DNA of 64,000 nucleotides from Nitrospinales bacterium (GTDB taxonomy: Bacteria; Nitrospinota; Nitrospinia; Nitrospinales; VA-1), in assembly GCA_965223345.1 (NCBI GenBank), contig CBDCWG010000012.1, forward strand, positions 288,001 through 352,000, written 5' to 3'. Of the stretch, positions 59,956 to 64,000 are shown piece after piece. Position 1 is the first letter of the stretch, and each line of letters begins with the position of its first letter. Both the position numbers and the translations under genes were made by a program. The notes under the pieces are model-generated. The model was not told the origin of the DNA and made no database searches. It saw only the letters and a program-made list of their open reading frames with translations.

Positions 59956-60765
59956 TTACAGGTTGCGCTGGCCACGCTGCGGGATTTTCGGCGCGTGCGC
60001 CGGAGGCCTGTCGGAAGGCGCGATCCCGCGCTGCGAATGGGTGGCGGGGGCTTTTTTCTTTTTGATCACGGCGATGACGTTGGTGATGTGGTCGTACCCC
60101 ATCTGGTCCTTGAGCGCGGCAAACGTTTCCTGGGCGTGGCCGAAGTTTTCCAGCGCCAGCGGCAGGTCTTCCGTCTTCCAGTAAAACTGGCCGATCGCTT
60201 CGTACACCTTGGCGCGGTCTTTGTGCACGGGCGCGTGCTCGATGGCCGTCTGCGCTTTCTGATACCACTCCTTGGCCGGAGACATCTGCTTGAGCCCCAT
60301 GTAGAGATCGCCGATGTCCTTGAGCGCCCTGCCTTCGCCCACCGCATCCTTGTTTTGCGTGTGGTATTTCACGGCTTCCAGGTAACTGCTCTCCGCCTCT
60401 TCGGTTTCGTTGGCGAATTTATACAGATCGCCCAGCGACTCGTAGGTTCGTGCGACGCGTTGGAAATTTTTCCGCGCTTCAAAAATGGCGATGGCTTTGC
60501 GGTAGTTGTCCGCGCCCTGGGAGAACTCGTGGTAGAAATAATTTTCCGATGCTTTCTGCAGCAACGCGGACGCTTCGTCCTCGCCGTCGAGCGGCGGTTT
60601 GTACAGCGTTCCCGGTTCCTGTCCGTGCTGTGAGGCGGCGGACGTTTCCGGGCTGTCCATCAAACCGGATTTGTTGATCCAGACGGACACGCCGATCATC
60701 AGGATCAGACAGGCAATGAGAACGATGCGGGGAGGGGTGATCGTGCGTTTGCTGTTTTTGGCCAC
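59956..60765 (-). CDS. Membrane-anchored TPR-like protein
   Basis: N-terminal TM; ARTYESLGDLY, GRALKDIGDLY, AKVYEAIGQFY repeats. Confidence 0.8.
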   Translation of the reverse strand: MAKNSKRTITPPRIVLIACLILMIGVSVWINKSGLMDSPETSAASQHGQEPGTLYKPPLDGEDEASALLQKASENYFYHEFSQGADNYRKAIAIFEARKNFQRVARTYESLGDLYKFANETEEAESSYLEAVKYHTQNKDAVGEGRALKDIGDLYMGLKQMSPAKEWYQKAQTAIEHAPVHKDRAKVYEAIGQFYWKTEDLPLALENFGHAQETFAALKDQMGYDHITNVIAVIKKKKAPATHSQRGIAPSDRPPAHAPKIPQRGQRNL

Positions 60766-60841
60766 GGTTCGATGCCCTCATGAAGGGGAGTATTCTTCAA
60801 TTATACACCAAATGCGGAGGATCGGCGCGGGATGACTCCGG

Positions 60842-61837
60842 TCAGAGCGTTTCCACGCGCAGGCCGCGGCTCACAAATTTGAAGTCCAGGACGTTTCCGC
60901 CCTGTTTTTTAAGGGCGTCCTCGACGGCGTCCTTTTTCCCCCTGCGCACGATGAACGCGACGCAGCCGCCCCCCCCGGCGCCGCACACTTTGCCGGCGAG
61001 GGCGCCGTTTTTTTCGGCGACGCGGAACAGACGGTCCATGTGCGGCGTGCGGATTCCCGGAGCGAGGGCTTTACGGGCTTTCCATTCCTCGGCAAACAAC
61101 GGAGCGATGCGGTCGAGATTCGCAGAGCCTGTGAACGCCTTGCGCATTTTTTGCGCAATGGTCTGAATTCCCTTAAGGTGGCGGCGGGTCTTGTCGTTGC
61201 CGTCGATGGTTTTTTTCGTGACGTCCCAGTTGTTGATGCCGGAGTTTCTCGGTTCTCCCGTGTAGCACAGCACGAAACGGCGGGTCATCTCTTTCGGGTC
61301 CACTTTGACGCGCTCGAACGCGACGCCCGCAAGGCCGGGCTCGACCGCGAGGGTGCCTCCGTGCGCGGCGGGGAAGTAGTCCTGCCAGCCGGCGGGCACG
61401 GCGATGACCTGGGTTTCGATGTCGCGGGCGAGGTGGATCATGCGGTCCTTGGAGGTGCGCCGATTGACGAAAGCCTGGATCGCGCCGTGCAGGGCGATGC
61501 TGAGGGCGGAGGAGCCGCCGATGCCGGAACCTTTGGGCGCCTGGCACTGGGTGACGAGGTTGAGGCCGCGCCTGGGCCGGTAATGTTTGAGTGTGCGGAA
61601 AATCAGATCCAGGGCGTGGTTTTCAGGCAGCGCGTCCAGCGATGCGAATTCTTTTCTGAGTTTCAGGTCCTTCGATTCGACGCAGACTTTTTTGTCCTTG
61701 CGGGCGGAAAGCTCGACGGTGGCGTACAGGTTGATCGCCGCATTCAGTGTGGGCGCCTGAAAAAAAAGATAAAGGGGCCAGATATCCAGGGTACCCCCGG
61801 CCAGATCGATGCGGGTGGGGGCGGAACTTCGTATCAT
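60842..61837 (-). CDS. GHMP kinase (HddA/heptose-phosphate kinase-like)
   Basis: APTRIDLAGGTLD, PKGSGIGGSS, GWQD, KVCGAGGGG. Confidence 0.9.
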   Translation of the reverse strand: MIRSSAPTRIDLAGGTLDIWPLYLFFQAPTLNAAINLYATVELSARKDKKVCVESKDLKLRKEFASLDALPENHALDLIFRTLKHYRPRRGLNLVTQCQAPKGSGIGGSSALSIALHGAIQAFVNRRTSKDRMIHLARDIETQVIAVPAGWQDYFPAAHGGTLAVEPGLAGVAFERVKVDPKEMTRRFVLCYTGEPRNSGINNWDVTKKTIDGNDKTRRHLKGIQTIAQKMRKAFTGSANLDRIAPLFAEEWKARKALAPGIRTPHMDRLFRVAEKNGALAGKVCGAGGGGCVAFIVRRGKKDAVEDALKKQGGNVLDFKFVSRGLRVETL

Positions 61838-61906
61838 AGGAGTGAAAGGGGGAACTGAAAATCCCGGTCCGGCAAGAGCCGCCCGGCCCGGGATTCGAAA
61901 ATCGGA

Positions 61907-62578
61907 TTAGAGGTTTTCGGAAACGGCGTCTCCGTTGCTGGATTCGATTTCGCTGATCTTGGTGGTCAACTTCTCCACCAGCGCCTTATAGGATTTTTTG
62001 CGGATGATCTTGGAAAACTGCGACCGGTAGTTGCGGATCATGCTGACGCCTTCGACGATGAAGTCGTAGACCAGCCATTGACCGTTGTCCTTGATCAATT
62101 TGTAATCGACGCCGATCGTGCTGTCCTTGCGCACGATTTCGGTCTTGACCAGGGCGTATTTTCCTTTCACGACTTCATCGATATAATTGATCTTTTCATC
62201 GCTGTAGGATTCGATCTTGCTCGCGTAGGAATTTTCCAGCAGCTTTTTGAACAGGGCGATGAATTCAGTGCGTTCTTCGGGGGTCCGGTCGTTCCAGGCT
62301 TTGGCCAGGGAACGCATCACCATCTGCTGGTAGTTGAACCGTTTCTCGATCGCACTGCGAATTTTATCGCGCCGTTTTTCCTGCTGATCCTTCAGGGACT
62401 CATCGCTCACGATCGAAATGACTTCGTCGATCGTGGACTTCAAATCCTTGGTGATCTCGGTTGCGGCAAACGCCTGCCCGCCCAGAAAGAGCATTCCCAT
62501 CACGACCGCTGTGATCAAGCCGACACGCACCTGTTTTAAGATCATGCACTTGTCTCCTGATATTTTTTTCATTTTCAC
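61907..62578 (-). CDS. mlaC: Phospholipid-binding periplasmic protein MlaC/Ttg2D
   Basis: WLVYDFIVEGVSMIRNYRSQF; operon context; start may be at 62545. Confidence 0.92.
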   Translation of the reverse strand: MKMKKISGDKCMILKQVRVGLITAVVMGMLFLGGQAFAATEITKDLKSTIDEVISIVSDESLKDQQEKRRDKIRSAIEKRFNYQQMVMRSLAKAWNDRTPEERTEFIALFKKLLENSYASKIESYSDEKINYIDEVVKGKYALVKTEIVRKDSTIGVDYKLIKDNGQWLVYDFIVEGVSMIRNYRSQFSKIIRKKSYKALVEKLTTKISEIESSNGDAVSENL

Positions 62579-63015
62579 ACCTTACCAAATATGAATTCGC
62601 TTATCAAATTTTCCAAATCAATGACAGATTCAGTCTCTATCAGCACATCGCCCGGTTTTACAATGTCCGGCGACCCGCCCGGAGAGACGTTGACCATCTT
62701 GGCTCCGATCAATCCGCGCGTCTTCACGGACACGATCGAATCGTCGGGGAGTTCGATCTCTTTTCGCAATTTCAATTCGACGCGGGCCATGCCGTCTACC
62801 AGAGAAATCTTGCCGACGCTGCCGATGTTGACGCCGGCGATTTCGATGTCGGCGTTTTCACGCAGTCCGGCGATGGAACCGAAGTCCGCATACACCGAGT
62901 AATGGTCGCTGCCCAGGATTTCCTTTTTTCCGAGTTTGAAGGACAGGTATCCCAGGCAAACCAGGCCCACCACGGCGAATATCCCCACTGCTGTTTCAAG
63001 AGTGAATCGATTCAT
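62575..63015 (-). CDS. mlaD: MCE-domain protein MlaD
   Basis: ETAVGIF, IAGVNIGSV, TRGLIG, DLENLISEF. Confidence 0.93.
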   Translation of the reverse strand: MNRFTLETAVGIFAVVGLVCLGYLSFKLGKKEILGSDHYSVYADFGSIAGLRENADIEIAGVNIGSVGKISLVDGMARVELKLRKEIELPDDSIVSVKTRGLIGAKMVNVSPGGSPDIVKPGDVLIETESVIDLENLISEFIFGKV

Positions 63016-63069
63016 GACCGGTTTTCCTCAAATCGCAGGCTGTTTGCAAAATGGATAAGGAACGCCCCC

Positions 63070-63816
63070 TCAGTTCACGCTGATGGGCCCCTCGATTTCC
63101 CCTTTTAAAAACTGCTGCACGCCGGGATCGTTCGACTTCTGGAATTCCTCGGCCGTCCCTTCCTCAACGATCACCCCGCCGTTCAGCATGACCACAAAAT
63201 CGCTGATCTCGAACACGTCGGGGATGTCGTGGCTGACGACCACGGCCGTGCATTTCACCCGCCGCTGCGTGTCGTAGATCAACTGATGAATGGCTTTCTT
63301 CATGATGGGATCGAGCCCTGTGGTCGGTTCGTCGAAAAGCACGATCTCGGGTTTCATGATCAGCGCCCGGGCGAGCCCCACCCGCTTGCGCATGCCGCCG
63401 CTCAACTGTGCAGGAAACTTGTCGTTCATGCCGACGATCCCGACGTTACTCAGCTCGGTGTTCACCCGCTCCTGAATTTCGGATCGGCTCAGCCGGGTTT
63501 TCTCCCGCAACGGAAAGGCGACGTTTTCGAACACGGTCATCGAATCCAGAAGCGCCGCCCCCTGGAACAGCATGCCGAATTTGTTGCGCAGCTCATTCAG
63601 CTCGCGGCTGTTGAGCGTGGTGACGTCCACATCGCCGATCATGAGGCTGCCCGCATCGGGTTTCAAAAGACCGATGATGTGCTTGAGCAGCACGGTTTTC
63701 CCGCAACCGCTGCGGCCGACGATCGTCGTGATCTTGTTTTCGGGAATGTCCAGCCGCACCCCACGCAACACTTCCTGCTGCATGAATTTTTTTTTCAGGT
63801 CCCTTATTTTAATCAT
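63070..63816 (-). CDS. mlaF: ABC transporter ATP-binding protein MlaF
   Basis: GRSGCGKT, LSGGMRKRVGLARAL, DEPTTGLDP. Confidence 0.95.
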   Translation of the reverse strand: MIKIRDLKKKFMQQEVLRGVRLDIPENKITTIVGRSGCGKTVLLKHIIGLLKPDAGSLMIGDVDVTTLNSRELNELRNKFGMLFQGAALLDSMTVFENVAFPLREKTRLSRSEIQERVNTELSNVGIVGMNDKFPAQLSGGMRKRVGLARALIMKPEIVLFDEPTTGLDPIMKKAIHQLIYDTQRRVKCTAVVVSHDIPDVFEISDFVVMLNGGVIVEEGTAEEFQKSNDPGVQQFLKGEIEGPISVN

Positions 63817-63906
63817 GAATTCGCCTGCCCGGGCCCTGAATGCGATCCCGATCCCGTAAACAGGTCACATTTTAGTCTGCAATGGGCCCCATTCCTTACC
63901 GCCCGG

Positions 63907-64000
63907 TCAAGACAGGACGGTGGTGATGAAGTAGTTCCAGATCAGGATGCTGACCGAGGACACCACGACAGCGGTGGTGGTGGCGTGGCTGACGCCTTCC
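63907..64000 (-). CDS. mlaE: MlaE permease, C-terminal fragment (runs off window)
   Basis: EGVSHATTTAVVVSSVSILIWNYFITTVLS*; upstream of mlaF. Confidence 0.85.
   Translation of the reverse strand, partial: EGVSHATTTAVVVSSVSILIWNYFITTVLS

Overview
GC-rich (roughly 60%) bacterial chromosomal window, densely coding, with no integrase, transposase, prophage or CRISPR-cas genes recognisable. The gene content resembles a Nitrospinota (Nitrospina-like) nitrite oxidiser, which is an inference: a di-heme c + EB_dh heme-b fusion, many short secreted TPR paralogues and GALA/RNI-like LRR proteins. Recognisable genes: aldo/keto reductase, thioredoxin-NHL protein, orphan nuoB, tRNA-Leu(TAA), photolyase, selO, msrA, GIY-YIG nuclease, HtrA protease, BON-OmpA plus coiled-coil-HhH pair, csp, DAACS transporter, FAH hydrolase, an Fe-S/NO-stress cluster (nfu, Rrf2, ric/ytfE, MBL hydrolase, NifU_N, FIST/NosP, hemY), hutGUI, DHH phosphoesterase, flippase, OppA, an orphan HydB/NuoF-like flavoprotein, Vgb-like propeller, pepA, GHMP kinase and mlaE(partial)FDC. 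Most notable observations: (1) a divergent Rrf2/ric promoter with a near-consensus sigma70 promoter overlapped or flanked by two 22-bp GGAT-N5-GATC-N5-ATCC operators; (2) an uncharacterised secreted protein combining CxxCH with HExxH...E, directly downstream of the cytochrome c/EB_dh fusion; (3) a dispersed ~76-bp-period hairpin repeat family placed 0-1 nt after gene or tRNA 3' ends; (4) a motif-divergent orphan HydB-like subunit. Start codons were chosen by eye and all function calls are by motif recognition; no database search was run.
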